DNA of 64,000 nucleotides. It comes from Tubulanus polymorphus. Lineage: Eukaryota; Animalia; Nemertea. The notes below the pieces were generated by a model, which was not told the origin of the DNA, ran no database searches, and saw nothing but the letters and a program-made list of their open reading frames with translations. Made by a program: the position numbers and the translations under genes. Below, in pieces: positions 62,631 to 64,000 of the stretch (the stretch's first letter is position 1; each line of letters begins with the position of its first letter). The stretch lies in contig NC_134028.1 of NCBI RefSeq assembly GCF_964204645.1, forward strand, positions 19,775,145 to 19,839,144, given 5' to 3'.

Positions 62631-64000
62631 TTTTAATGAACTGTACGGTCTAACGGAGGTCTATATCGCATAATGACGTATTCCACGGTAAAGTTTAGCG
62701 CTCGGTTACGCGAGATATCGACAATTCGAGTTCTGGAATTTCTCGTTTGATGGCGCTAGTCAGGACCGGAAATCGAAACTTAAATCCGCCATATTCTAGT
62801 TCATTTGCAATAAAAATCTCACGCTTCAAGCTTTAAGAAAGCGATATTTTACTTACTTTAACGTTACCACGTGTAGTCCTTTTAATACGATATCCTCACA
62901 ATGTGTTGGATACGATCAAATCTCAACTCACGATTTGACATGGTGACACTCCCAGCATACGTCATCACACGACCGACCTCCACTAGACAGTGCCACTGGC
63001 CGATTGCGTTACGTCAATAAATGGGCTCATAGTTCCCGGGTGCGGACACAGACCTATAAACAGGATGTCTCAAATGCGGACACTAACCCGGACTATAAAC
63101 AGGACGCTTTCAACGCCGGTACAGACCCGGACTCGTCTAAACATCTTCTGAAATTCATATTCTGCGGTAACCATGGTAACGCACCGCTTACACGTACGAG
63201 GATTATTAATTTACTTAACGATTTTTGAAGTGAAGAAAATCGACCGAACAGAAAGTGATCCGCTGTCGGAGCGCGCAGACGGTAGCCCCGGTGATTATAA
63301 CGTTATCAATGATGCGACGCGATCATTTTTATCGAACCACAAACCATCTCTTACAAACAGCAGATTACAATAAACACCGGCACCCCCGTTCCAGTAGCAG
63401 CGAGGAGGATTCGGGGTTTATTCGTAGAATGATGAAATGTAATAGTTTACGCTATTGTGATGATGGCGGTGGATCGTTAGAGGATTATGATCAGACACGC
63501 GCCGTTCCGCGCACAGCATAACTGATTCTATCAGATCTCAGCTATAGCGCAGAGCTGGGTGTCGGCAACATTCCCATAAAACAGTCGTCAAACATCGCAA
63601 TAATCTTGGCCCCAGTCGCTGCACAGATCAGGACCGACGTGTTTCGCTAATCTGTTGAATTAAGATTTAGCTCCGGAGTCGAGGAAACATTAGAATGAAC
63701 TATAAAAACTGGATTCTGAGTTACAGATTCCCTAGAGCTGAAATTAGTTCATTTCCTATATTTCCTCAGCATTTACAATAAACCACACTTTGAATGTGTG
63801 TTTTGTGTCACATCGATTGTGTTTGGTTACATTCTGGAGCCGGTATCTCGTGTCAACTAGTGGAGAATCCATCAGGTGAATGCTTAACAAAAAGCGCAAT
63901 GAAATTCGAAACTTTTTAAATTCTAATTCGATGGTTTGCAAAGAAGCAATGGTTTGGATGATATTCTACTGAAATACCAATACAATTCCCATTTGGCGAC

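Noticed and set aside
56398-64000. Upstream aGPCR exons (first half of pentraxin)
   Set aside because: I found no phase-1 exon with pentraxin WHH/CxxW motifs; they probably lie beyond the window.

Overview
AT-rich, intron-containing animal genomic DNA. Gene content and repeat style suggest an invertebrate bilaterian; that assignment is inference. I reconstructed three spliced genes by hand from GT/AG boundaries and reading-frame phases. (1) The last 7 exons of a paladin (PALD1)-like phosphatase on + (521-4149). (2) A probably complete 4-exon PRDM8/ZNF488-like PR/SET zinc-finger gene on - (5353-7607, about 571 aa), convergent with paladin; its first exon is tentative. (3) 21 exons (about 898 codons, 5' end not found) of an adhesion GPCR on - (33305-56397) with pentraxin, HormR, GAIN/GPS and 7TM regions and a C-terminal PDZ ligand (ITSV). 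A stretch of about 25.7 kb with no recognisable coding gene lies upstream of prdm8. Introns and intergenic DNA hold MITEs, tRNA-SINE-like remnants, mini- and microsatellites. The most notable oddities are: a TSD-flanked insertion with a perfect palindrome and a hammerhead-like core; a probably non-cleavable GPS (HPG); a possible nested antisense spliced ORF; an inverted SINE-like pair next to the GPS exon; repeats carrying CTCF-like motifs; and a minisatellite seeded from the paladin stop codon. I cannot demonstrate a wholly new biological system from sequence alone.
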